In this document: positions 10,933-22,582 of the stretch, in pieces
Layout of the letters: every line of letters begins with the position of its first letter
Position numbering within the stretch: position 1 is the first letter of the stretch
NCBI RefSeq assembly: GCF_963921235.1
Contig: NC_086097.1
Coordinates: 21,020,001 to 21,084,000, forward strand
Direction: 5' to 3'
Origin: Mobula hypostoma
Lineage: Eukaryota
Length of the DNA stretch: 64,000 nucleotides
The notes under the pieces: model-generated
The model's database searches: none
Told to the model about the DNA's origin: nothing
What the model saw: only the letters and a program-made list of their open reading frames with translations
Position numbers and translations under genes: made by a program

Positions 10933-13908
10933 AATATCATGGCATATGCCAGTTAAATTAAACGTGATCCTGATTCTGAGCGCTGAGCTGTTATCAACAA
11001 ACAAATGCCTGACGTCGTTATTGCTGTTGTTCAGATGAGATTACCTACGTTTTGGATTTTATTCACTTTTGTTTCTGGTGTGAAACACCCACAGTTGTAT
11101 AAGATGCAAACATTATTTGCTACGTGACTTTAACTCACCCCCCAAAGATGTTTTTCAATTTAATCTTCAATTCTGCAATATCTCTTCATCACTATTTGTT
11201 TAAATGTCAAATGTTGCCATCAGTAACTGTACCTGTTCTGTAACTGGCTTACAATGAGATCTTATTTCAGAAAGAGGCATTCTGATACTACCTTCTCATG
11301 TGTGTCGTCTGTTCTTCCCCCGTAATAGTCTTCATCTCCCCCCCGCCACTCTGATTTTTCCTGTTTTCATTCTCCATTCCCTCTTTCACTCTGACTCTCT
11401 TTTTCTGGGCTTTGACTTCTACTTTTGTCCTTCTCCATCTGTCAGTCTCTGCCCCTTCTCTCATTCCCTGCTGTTGTTTCTTCTCTCTCTCTTTCTCCTC
11501 TCCCTGTGCTTGCATCCCTTATTTATTTAACGCGATACAGCACAGAATCAGAGCCATGCTGCCCAGATTTAATCTTAGCTATCCATGGGACTGTGGGAGG
11601 AAACTGGGAGAATGTACAAACTCGTTATAGGCAGCGGCAGGAATTGAACCCGGGTCGCTCACACCGTAAAGCATTGTGCTAACCATTATGCTACAACGCT
11701 GTCCCTTTCTCTTCATCTCCCAACCACTTGTCTACTGTCACTTCTTCGCTGCCATTTCTACCTCCCCTTCCCTTTACCTCTAGGTTGATAGGTTCTCAAT
11801 TGGTGAGTATGTTGTGGGGAGAAGGCAGGAAAATGGGGTCGAGAGAGAAAATAAATCAGCCGTGATTGGATGGTGGGGCAGACTAGATGGCCCGAATGGC
11901 CTAATTCTGCTCCTATGTCTCATGGTCTTATTAAGTAGCAATTTTGTTCACATAGTAGCTGATAACAATCTGTGATTATTTGTTTTGAAAGCAGATTCAG
12001 TCATGACTTTCAAAAAGGTATAAGCAAGGAAAGGAGGGCTGAGTTCAAGCAGGTTTCTTTGCTTTGTTTACAACATATTAGAAAGACTTGTAATTACAAA
12101 GTAGAGAGACTTCCTTGCATAGATGCAGGGAAAAATATGATGAGTTCCTTCCTGCAGTAACACCAGCTTACAGAGTATTATGTTTTCCATGTTTACTTTT
12201 CTGTATTCCGAACAATGGCTGCGAACTCACTGTGCATTATTTGCATGGATACATGATACCAGTAAGCCATCTCCTGCATGTTCGGGTGTAGCTGCATCAA
12301 CTGTACAGGAGGGTGAAATGGATACTCCTCCACTTTAATCTGCATGAAAAGCCAGTTCAGCTTATCCACAGGAATTTCAGCAAAACGGCTCTAAAGTAAT
12401 CACCAATGCTGGAAATTCAAAATAAAGTTCGGATGAGAGGTCCCAGACCTGAAAAATTAACTATTTCTCTTTGCACAGTTTCTGCCTCATCTGCTGAATT
12501 GTTCCTTTCTCGGTCTGTTGGTGCATGGGGTGGCATTTTTGCCATTTTCAGAGTGCTTGACTGTTTTTTTTAACGAGGTAGAGTTGCCAGCTCAATGCTC
12601 AACCCAACACGGCCAGAAAGCATGCAAGGAGAAGCCAGATTTGAACCCAGGACCATTCGCCTCAAAGTCTGATGCCAATGCTACTACACCACCGGCCGGC
12701 ATATCCACTGGATATTTTTTTCTCTCTCGGAAGAATATCATTTGATTTCCTTGGAGAGACAGAAGACTGCAATGCTGGAATCTGGAGCAAAACGAAAACG
12801 AGCTGCTGGAGGAACTCAGTCGTTCAGGCAGCATCTGGTATTAGTATTGGCTTATTATTGTCACGTGCACTAAGATACAGTGAAACTCTTGTACTACAGA
12901 TCAAAAATTATTGTGCACTGGTGTAGAACTAGGCCAAGCAATAACAATGCAAAGTGAAGTGTAAAATCTACGGAAAGTGTAGTGCAGGTAAACAACAGAG
13001 TGCAAGATGAGGTAGATGGTAAGGTCAAGAGTCTATCTTTGGATGCCGCAGGAGGGAATGCCCCTATTACATGAAGTGTTTCGTGCAGATGAATGGCTCC
13101 AAGGAGGAAGGTCCAGTACTCCTGAGAGAGAGCCCATTGGTTTGAGATGGACTTTGAGTGAAGTTCGGAATGTGGTGTGTGCTTTCACGCAGACTGAGGG
13201 ACTGGAGCGTAAGTAAAGAGGACAACTTCAAGATGAGTTCCAACTCTAAGTGCACATTTGGTCTGGGTTAACTGTAATGGACTCTTTTACGTTTTTTTTC
13301 CTTTTCTTTTTCCTCCTAACTGTTGAATAAAGCTGAAATCTGTAAATACACTAACTTTACATTTTATGTGGTGTACGATCTGTTATTTCATGCCAACCGG
13401 CGATTGTGCATGGGCAGTATTTACACAGCATTAGCTCAAATCGAGGTTCCTTTAATCGGAACATCATGATGTTCCTGTTTGGCTGAACCTCAAATCATAT
13501 TGACCCTAGACGTGTATCGTTTACGGAAGATGGCTTTCTCACTGCTGCGTCCCGTGGCTGTTAGCAGAGCCGGCTAATGGGCCAAGTTCTCAGACGAGCC
13601 CAGTGAGGGGGGTTGCATATTTTATGAAGTACCTCGGCCCAAAATGTCGACTGTTTATTCTTTTCCATAGATACTGCCTGACCTGCTGAGTTCCTCCAGC
13701 ATTTTGTGTGTGCTACTTGGATTTCCAGCAACTGCTGAATCTCTGTGTTCCTATTTAATTATCTTCATCTTCCCATCAACTTCCCCTCAGATTCTAACAA
13801 TCACCTAAAAATAGGGGCACTTTACAGTGGCAGATTAACCTCCTAATCTGTGTAATTTTGGGAGGAACTCCATACAGAACAGGCAGATTTTGCAAATGCT
13901 ACCTAGAC

Positions 13909-14680
13909 TTTACTTTATACTTTATTGTCGCCAAACAATTGATACTAGAACGTACGATCATCACAGCGAAATTTGATTCTGCGCTTCCAGCTCCCTGGAT
14001 TACAAATCGATAGTAAATATTAAAAATTTAAATTATAAATCATAAATAGAAAATAGAAAAATGGAAAGTAAGGTAGTGCAAAAAAAACCGAGAGGCAGGT
14101 CCGGATATTTGGAGGGTACGGCCCAGATCCAGGTCAGGATCCGTTCAGCAGTCTTATCACAGTTGGAAAGAAGCTGTTCCCAAATCTGGCCGTACGAGTC
14201 TTCAAGCTCCTGAGCTTTCTCCTGGAGGGAAGAGGGATGAAAAGTGTGTTGGCTGGGTGGGTCGTGTCCTTGATTATTCTGGCAGTACTGTTCCAACAGT
14301 GTGCGGTATAAAGTGAGTCCAAGGATAGAAGATTGGTTTGTGTGATGTGCTGTGCCGTGTTCACGATCTTCTGCAGCTTCTTTCGGTCTTGGACAGGACA
14401 ACTTCCATACCAGGTTGTGATGCACCCTAGAAGAATGCTTTCTACGGTGCATCTATAAAAATTAGTGAGGGTTTTAAGGGATAGGCCAAATTTCTTTAGC
14501 TTTTTTAGGAAGTAAAGGCGCTGGTGGGCCTTCTTGGCAGTGAACTCTGCTTGGTTGGTCCAAGTCAGGTCATTTGTGATATTGACCCCGAGGAATTTAA
14601 AGCTTTTGACTTGTTCCACTTGTGCACCACTGATGTAAATTGGGTCATGTGGTCCGCTACTCCTCCTGATGTCAACAACC
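13909..14680 (-). mobile_element. Rex1/Babar-like LINE 3' end (a second, shorter copy of the same 3' end lies at ~28700-28963 inside the hAT element)
   Basis: ORF 14134-14766 with FKFLGVNITNDLTW..KKAHQRLYFLKKLKKFG..NSFFPTVIRLLN; tail AATAAAGTATAAAGTAAAG on the minus strand. Confidence 0.85.
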
Positions 14681-15159
14681 AACCAGGACAGGACCAGGAT
14701 CAGGTTTAATATCACTGACATATGTCGTGAATTTTGTTTTTGTTTTGTGGAAGCAGTACGTTGCAATACACAATAATTTTAAAAAAATGTAAGCTAAGAA
14801 ATATATGAAAATAGACAGCAAATTAGTGAAGCAGTGTTCGTGTCCAGGACAACACCTGAGGCCAGAACTGAACCTGGCTCTCTGGCAGTGTGAGGCAGCA
14901 GCTCTGCTGTCATGGGAAGAGAGTAACAGGTGCACAGAAGAAAAAGTACGAAGGCTTACACAAATCTACCTGGAAGAGCTGCAACACGATCTAATTTTGG
15001 AATGTCTGGCCCATAAAGAAGGTCATTTTGAGGACTGAAGGGACTGTACTGTGCTGTAGTGTTCTACGTTCTGTGTAACATCCAACCCATGTTATGGGAG
15101 CACACAGTAGCCCTGTGTAAATAGTATAATGAATGCACCACCCACCCAGCCAGCCTTAT

Positions 15160-16145
15160 TTAGAAGATAGAACAGTATGCTGCTGCACCAGCCTGAATAA
15201 TCCTAACCACTCCCTCCTACATGGCTCATAATCCTCCATTTTACTTGTGCCTAACTAGGAGACTCTGAAATGTCCCTATGTTGTCAGCCTCTATTACCAT
15301 ACCCGGCAGTGTTCTGGGTACCTACCTGTCTGCGGGTAAAAAACCTACTTCTGACATTTCCCCTAAATTTTCCTCCACAACTTAAAAGGATGTCCCCTGG
15401 TATTGGCCATTGCATCCTGGGAAAAACGTTCTGGCTGTCCACTCTGTCTTTACCTTTCATAATCTCATAAGCCTTTATCAAGTTGTCTCTCAACAAGTTG
15501 CACCAAAGAGAAAAGCACTAGTTCACTCAACCTATCCTCATAAAACGTGTTCTCTAATCCAGGAAGCATCCTGCTAAATCTCCTCTGCACCCTCTTTAAG
15601 GCTTCCATGTCCTTCCTATAATGAGGGACAATACTCTAAATGTAGTTAGAGAGTCAAAGAACAGTGTAGCACAGAAACTGGCCCTTTGGCCCATCCAGTC
15701 CATGCTTAACCATTTAAACTGGATACTCCCATTGACTGGCATAGGGACCATAGCCCTCCATCGACCTGTGGTCTATCCAGAAGCTTATAGAGTTGCAACA
15801 TTACCTCATGGTGCTTGAACTCAGTTCCCTGACGAATGAAGGCCAGCACACCATATGCCTTCTTAACCACCCTATCAACTTCTGCAACAACTTTGAGGGG
15901 GCTCTGGACTTGGACTGCAAGATCCCTCTGTTCCTGCACACTGTTAGGAATCCTGTTTATTAACTTTATACTGTGCTGTGAAGTAAGTACTACCTTCCAA
16001 AGTGAATTACTTCACAATTTTCCAGATTGAACTACATCTGCCACTTCTCTACCCAGCTCTGCAAATTGTCAATGTCCTGTTGTAACCTATGACAAGCCGA
16101 TACACTATCCACAACACCACCAACCTTCGTGTCATCTGCAAACTT
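15160..16145 (-). mobile_element. Decayed CR1 LINE 3' fragments
   Basis: [33 protein letters not shown] and C-terminal fragments in broken minus-strand frames. Confidence 0.8.
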
Positions 16146-16636
16146 GTGAATTGTGGTTTCCATATTAGATTCATAATCTGTCTGAGGACCCATAAACCTG
16201 AAGTGGAAAAAAGGCATTTTTGATCTCAAGGGACTGCCTAATAATGTGGAAAAAGTGACATCATCCATATTATTACATAAAAATGGAAAGGCAAAGTAAT
16301 TTCCAAATGTTGAGGGATTGAAAGATGTTTGTGTTCAGATGGACCCAGGTGTCCTTTACACATTTTTAATGCAGAAGTTGATGTGCAGGTACAGCAAACA
16401 ATTAAGGAGTAAACAACAATGTAATCAGCAGTTTGAGAACAAAAATAAAGATATAATTATATCGGGTTCCAGGGAGACCACATTTAGAATATTGTGTACA
16501 GATCTACTTTCCCATCTGAAGAAGGCTATACCTGCAGCAGAGGCACTAACATGAATATTTACTGGGTGATTCTTAGTATGAGGGGTTTGTCCTATAACAT
16601 ACATTAAACAGCCTTTACATAATAAGAGTCCTCCAA

Positions 16637-16970
16637 GGGGACCACAACTTTGTCATAGGGTTTGGAGGCTTGCATGCTCAATGACCCGGAGAGCTGTGCT
16701 GGCTGGAGTCAGGGCTTTATGCTTTGGCTCTTGGTAGGGTCACCCATGTCAAACAGGTCAAAGGATAGAGGCCAGACTAAGAAAGGGCCACTGATCCTCC
16801 AGGTTCAGGGGTTCAGCTCAGGACCAACAACCTTGACTCATAAAACAGAATTGTTACAGAAACAGCAATGAAGAACCCTTCTATATCTGGGTGCAACAGT
16901 ATGGACAGACAGAGATAGAGGACCTTCATTGCTATCCTAAAAGCCAGTGGTGCAATGGACAGTAAGTAAG
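16637..16970 (+). mobile_element. Bipartite non-autonomous RTE derivative (Expander/Rex3-like 5' UTR fused to an RTE 3' end)
   Basis: 5' UTR motif TGGTAGGGTCACCCA (16732-16746) and CCAGACTAAGA, followed directly by an RTE-type 3' end terminating in GTAAGTAAG; no ORF. Confidence 0.65.
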
Positions 16971-17631
16971 CATGTGGTAGAGTCTAGAAGAATGGGAAGG
17001 GACCTCACTGAAAGGTATAAAATTCATTTTGGTTGTTGGCAGCATAGATTGGATGAATTTTCACCTGGATCGGGTGTCAAGAATCGGGGGTTAAGATTCT
17101 AAATCAATGATCAGAATCGGGTTTATTATTGCTGACATATGTCATGAAATTTGTTCTGTTGTGGCAGCAGTACAGTGCAGGACATTAAAAATTACTATAA
17201 GTTACAGTAAGAAATATTTAAAAAATAAGTAATGCAAAAAGAGCAAAATGGTGAGGTAGTTTTCATGGGTTCGTGGACCGTTCAGAAATCTGATGGTGGA
17301 GGGGAAGAAGCTGTTCTGAAACTGTTTAGTGTGTGTCTCATGCTCCTGTACCTCGTCCCTGATGGTAGTAATGAGGAGAAGTGATGTGCTGGATGGTGAG
17401 GGCCTTAATGATGAACGCTGTCTTCTTGAGGCACCGCCTCGTAAAGGTGGACTTAATGTACCCGTGCTAGAGTTGGCTGAGCTTACAGCCCTCTGCGGTT
17501 TTTGCTGATCCTGCTCCATGCCCATGCTATTCAGGACAGAGGTGAGAAGAAATTTCTTCACCCTATGTATCTGCCCACTGTGGCCTTCCAGGCTTAGGGC
17601 AGGACGTTGGAACTGAGGTATAAGATTAGCT

Positions 17632-17883
17632 ACATACATCAAAGTTGCTGGTGAACACAGCAGGCCAAGCAGCATCTATAGGAAGAGGCGCAGTCGATGT
17701 TTCAGGCCGAGACCCTTCATCAGGACTAATCCCTTACTCACTCTTCCTTCAGTTAGTCCTGATGAAGGGTCTCGGCCTGAAACGTCGACTGCGCCTCTTC
17801 CTATAGATGCTGCTTGGCCAGCTGCGTTCACCAGCAACTTTGATGTATGTTGCTTGAATTTCCAGCATCTGCAGAATTCCTGT
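17632..17883. mobile_element. Young Penelope-like inverted pseudo-LTR insertion (98-bp arms, 23-nt spacer) with 13-bp TSD
   Basis: Arms 17632-17729 and 17753-17850 are reverse complements with 3 mismatches by eye; TATAAGATTAGCT at 17619-17631 and 17884-17896. Confidence 0.92.
17755..17790 (+). ncRNA. Minimal type I hammerhead ribozyme motif (Penelope type)
   Basis: AGTC-CTGATGA-AGG GTCTCGG CCT-GAAA-CG-TC-GACT. Stem I is AGTC/GACT, the core is CUGAUGA, stem II is AGG/CCT, then GAAA, palindromic ACGT in place of stem III, and a GUC cleavage triplet ending at 17786. Confidence 0.85.
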
Positions 17884-19069
17884 TATAAGATTAGCTGTGA
17901 CCTTACTGGTGCAAACATGAAGAAGGCACACCAGTGGCTATACTTTATTAGGAGTCTGAGGAGATTTGGTAGGTCACCAAAGACTCCAGCAAATTTCTAC
18001 AGATGTACTGGGGAGAGCATTCTGACTGGTTGCATCACCTCCTGCTATGGCGGTTCCAATGCGCAGGAACGCATGAAGCTGTAGACTCAGACACCTCCAT
18101 CTAGGGCACAAGCATCCCTGCTTCTGAGGGCATCTTCAAAAGGCAGTGCCTCTAGAATGGAGCATCCATCATTAAGTCCCCTCATCACCCGAGACATGCC
18201 CTCTCCTCATCACTACCATCAGGGAGGAGGTACAGGAGCCTGATGACCCACACTCAATGTCTAAGGAAAGCTTCTTCCCCTCTGCTATCAGAATTTCAGA
18301 GCACTATCTCGCTCATCCTCTTTTGTACTTTTTAAAATTGTAACTGATAGTAGTTTGATATGTCTTGCAATGCACTGCTGCCACAAAGGAACAAAATTCA
18401 TAACATATGTAAGCCTGGTTCTGATTCCCAAGTAGAGAATTCCAAAGGTTTACAGTGAAGTAGTTTCTCCATCTTTCAGTCCTGAGTGGCCAACCCCTTA
18501 AAGTCCCTCGTTGTTGACTCTCCAAGCTGAGGAAGCTCTCCATATCTCTTCAAACTGGACCCTTTACACCCATCTGAAAGAGCAGCAGGGCCACTATCTG
18601 CCATCTTCTCTCAAAAGCAGAGCCTCACTCTCCCCATGAGATTCAGCTGAGCTCACTTTGCAGGCTTGAACCCACATCCTTCTGATTCAGAGCCAGCTAA
18701 CCACGGTGAGACACACTCAGAGGGGCTAAATAAATATAACAAAACCTGCCCCCTTAGCCAGGTTTGGGTGTGGACAATAGATTTTTTTTCCCCTTCAGGA
18801 AGTTTAACAACCCTGGCCGATTAGGGGCGGCAAGGCAGTGAGGCCGTTGGCATAATGCTGTTACAGTGTCTGAGACCCGGGTTTAATTCTACTACTGTCT
18901 GTAAGGAGTTTGTACGCTCTCCCTGTGACCACATGGGCTTTCTCTGGGTGCTCCGGTTTCCTCCCACATTTCAAAGACGTATGGTTGGGTTACCAGGTTA
19001 ATTGGTCACATGGATGGATTTGGACACATCGGCTCATTGGCTAGAAGGGCCGGTTACCGTGTGGCATCA

Positions 19070-20340
19070 AAGTTCAAAGTTGAAAGTTTACAGTAAATTT
19101 ATTGTCAAAGTACATATATGTCACCATATACAACCCTGAGATTCATTTTCTTGTGGGCATACTCAATATATCGAATACCATAAGAGAATCAGTGAAGGGC
19201 CGTTCCAACAGGGCAGACAACCAGTGTGCAAGAGACCACAAACTGAGCAAACACAAAAAGAAAGAATAAAAATAATAATGACACTAAATAAGCAATAAAT
19301 ATTGAGTAAATGAGAAGAAGGTGGAAGTGAGCCCCTAGGTTTTGGGAACATTTCAACGATGGGGCAAGTGAAGTTGAGTGAAGTAATCCCCCTTTGTTTC
19401 AAGAGCCTGATGGTTGAAGGGTGATAACTGTTCCTGAACATAACGGTGTGAGTCCTGAGACTCCTGTACCTTCTTCCTGATGAAAGCAGTGAGAAGAGAG
19501 CATGACATAGGTGGTGGAGGTCCCTGATGATGGATACTGCTTTCCTGTGACAATACTCTGTGTAAATGTGGACGATGGCAGGGATGGTTTTACCCATGAT
19601 GGACGGGGCCGTATCCACTACTTTATGTATGATTTTCCGTTCAAGGAAATTGGTGTTTCCATACCAGGCTGTGATGCAGATAGTCAATGTACTCTCCACC
19701 ACACATCTGTAGTAGTGTGTCAAAGTTTTAGATGTCAAACCAAATATTTGCAAACTCCTGAGGAAGCAGAGGCATTGCTATGCTTTCTTTGTAATTGCTC
19801 ATGTTCTGGTCCCAGGACAGGTCTTCTGAAGGGATACCAAGGAATTTAAAGTTGTTGACCCTCTCCACCTCTGATCCCCCGATGAGGACTGGCTCCTGGA
19901 CCTCTGGTTTCCTCCTCCTGAAGTCAATAATCTGCTCCTTGGTCTTGCTGACATTGAGTGAGAGGTTTTTGTTGTAACACCACTCAGCTAGATTTCCAAT
20001 CTCCCTCTTATATGTTGATCCATCACCACCTTTCATTTGGCTAATGACAGCGTTGACATCAGCTAACTTAAATATGGCACTGGAGCTGTGCTCAACCACA
20101 CAGTCATAAGTGTAAAATGAGGAGAGCAGAGAGCTAAGCACACAGCCCTGTGGTGCACCTGTGCTTATGGAGATCGTGTGAGGATACTGTTGTCAATCCG
20201 AACTGACTGGGTCTGCAAGTGAGGAAATTGAGGACTTGGAGGTATTGAGGCCAAGGTCTTGAAGCTTATTGATTAGTTTGAGGGGATGATAGTATTGAGT
20301 GCTGATAAATATGCATCTTCACTGTCCAGGTGCTCCGGGG
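19070..20340 (-). mobile_element. Decayed Rex1/Babar-like LINE (RT C-terminus and 3' tail)
   Basis: ORFs 19728-20141 and 19163-19753 (LSLNVSKTKEQIIDFRR..FKFLG; YRCVVESTLT..WYGN); tail ending in (AACTTTG)n on the minus strand. Confidence 0.8.
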
Positions 20341-20526
20341 TCTAATTAATTTATCTCTAAATAGATAAAGCTAAAAATTATTTTGGGTTTTAAATGATAA
20401 TAGAGTCTGATGGTCATTTTAACTGCAATATCTGTTCTGTTATAAACACAACAGATTCTGCACATGCTGGAAATCCTGACGAAGGGCCTTGCCCCAAAAT
20501 GTCAACTCTTTGTTCCTTTCACAGAC

Positions 20527-21178
20527 ATGAGAAAATCTGTAGATGCTGGAAATCCAAGCAACACACACACAAAGTGCTGGAGGAACTCAGCAGGCCAGGT
20601 AGCATCTATTGAAAAGTGTAAACAGTTGGCGTTTCGGGGCAAGTCCCTTCATCAGGACTGAAATAAAAATTAGAAGTCATAATAAGAAAGTGGGGAGGAG
20701 GGAAGAAATACAAGGTGGTGGGTGATCGGTGGGAGGGGGGGTGAAGTAAAGAGCTGGGATATGATTGGTGAAAGAGATAAAGGGCTGGGGAGGGGGATTC
20801 TGATAGGAGAGGGTAGAAGATCATGGAAGGAAAGGAAGGAGGAGGGCCACCAGAGAGAGGTGATAGGTGCTAAAGGAGATGAGGTGAGAGAGGGAAACGG
20901 GAATGGGGAATGGCGAAGGTGGGGGTGGGGGGGGGAACAATATTTGGAGGTTTGAGAAATCGAATTTCACGCCATCAGGTCAGAGGCTACCAGATGGAAT
21001 ACAAGATGTTGCTCCTCCAACCTAAGCGAGGCCTCATTGCGGCAGTAGTGGAGGCCACGGACTGATGTCGGAATGGAAATGGGAAGTAGAATTGAAATGG
21101 GTGGCCACTGGGAGATCCCTCTTCCATGGATGCTGCCTGACCTGCTGAGTTCCACCAGCACTTTTTGTGTGTTACTTG
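20527..21178 (-). mobile_element. Penelope-like 3' fragment: pseudo-LTR with hammerhead motif (20623-20660), GIY-YIG C-terminus and inverted end
   Basis: CAGTCCTGATGAAGGGACTTGCCCCGAAACGCCAACTG on the minus strand; peptide GLHYCRNEASLRLEEQHLVFHL; inverted family head at ~21120-21178. Confidence 0.8.
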
Positions 21179-21736
21179 ACATCGTTTTCTTTCCCCCACA
21201 TTTTTAAAGCTCGGTACAAACTCTTAATCCGTGATGGATAAGAATGGTGTACTCCAGGGGTAAAGCCACTAAGCCAGCCCGGGTTGGCCATGAACCTTTG
21301 TCTTTTGAATCCTTTAAAAGGAACCCGGAGCTGTTGCCAAGCCAGCTCAGCCTGCGATTAATGGTGACCCATCTCCATCTGCTGGTCACCCGGTGCAGGG
21401 ACAGTGTTCCTACTCTTCCCTGAACCATTCCCACGCTTGTGGTGTCAGCCTTGTAATTTGTCCCTCTCCAATGTTACTATCTCCTTTCTATGATATTTAT
21501 AAAATATAATTTGCATCATTGTGGATCTGAATTGTTTGCAGCACTTCCAGTATGGCCAAGTTTAAGATTTCTTTCACTATTTTCAGTTTTACTTTCTCTA
21601 GTAATAAACATTATTGTTGGTATTTGATATTTTCATGTTTTTTTCAATCTACGCTATGACTTTGAGTGATTTTGTATTTATATGCCCATATCTCTCTTCG
21701 CTTCCATCTTACCGAGATCATTGTTTCCATAGCAAT

Positions 21737-22345
21737 TCGTGCGCGGCCGTTCCAAATGATGTCGTATGTGTTAACTAGGGGGCCGTGCGCAATCCTGATT
21801 TGATGGAGACAGCCATGAGAAGCACGGAGGAACACCTGGAGAAACTTCTGAAATGCCCGCTTCGCTGCCGCAGTTACTGTGCGATCGAGAATCTCCGGAA
21901 GGGAAGGTCCCAAATCCTCGGCATTGCCTGTTGCCGGGGTCGAAGCGCACGGCAGAGATGGTGCTCAGTGCTTGGTGTCGGAGAGCTGGTCGGAGGCTCG
22001 GAGTTTTCGGACGGACTCGGAGTCAGACTGTGGTCGGATGCTTCCAGTATGCTGCATCGGCAAGTTTGCGGTGCTGGAGGTTCACCGTCTGCGTGAGATG
22101 ATGGGACTTTCGAGAGACTTTGAGACTTTTACCGTGCCATGGTCTGTTCTTATCAAATTATGGTATTGCTTTGCACTGTTGTAACCATATGTTATAATTA
22201 TGTGGTTTTTGTCAGTTTTTCAGTCGGTTTGTCATGTGTTTCTGTGAAATCATTCTGGAGAAACATTGTATCATTTCTTAATGCATGCATTACTAACAAT
22301 AAAAGAGGACTGCGTGTCCTCATAATCTAATCTAATCTAATCTAA
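21737..22345 (+). mobile_element. ~620 bp CpG-rich non-autonomous retroposon, copy 1 (5'-truncated)
   Basis: Aligns by eye with 25909-26527 (-) and 39771-40403 (+); ends AATAAAAGAGGACTGCGTGTCCTCA(TAATC)n. Confidence 0.85.
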
Positions 22346-22582
22346 AATTCATATTACACGTAGAACAGTACAACACAGAAACAGGCCCTTCGGCCCACAG
22401 TGTCTGGACTGACCATAACTCAAATGAGTCCCACCTGACTGCACATGATCCCAGTCTTCCTCATTCCCTGCGTGCCCATGTGCCTGTTTAAATGCCCTTT
22501 GAATACGATTACTGTGTCTGTTTTCATCCTCGCCCCCTGGCAGTGTATAACAGACACTTACCATTCTCTGTGTAAAGAAGCA

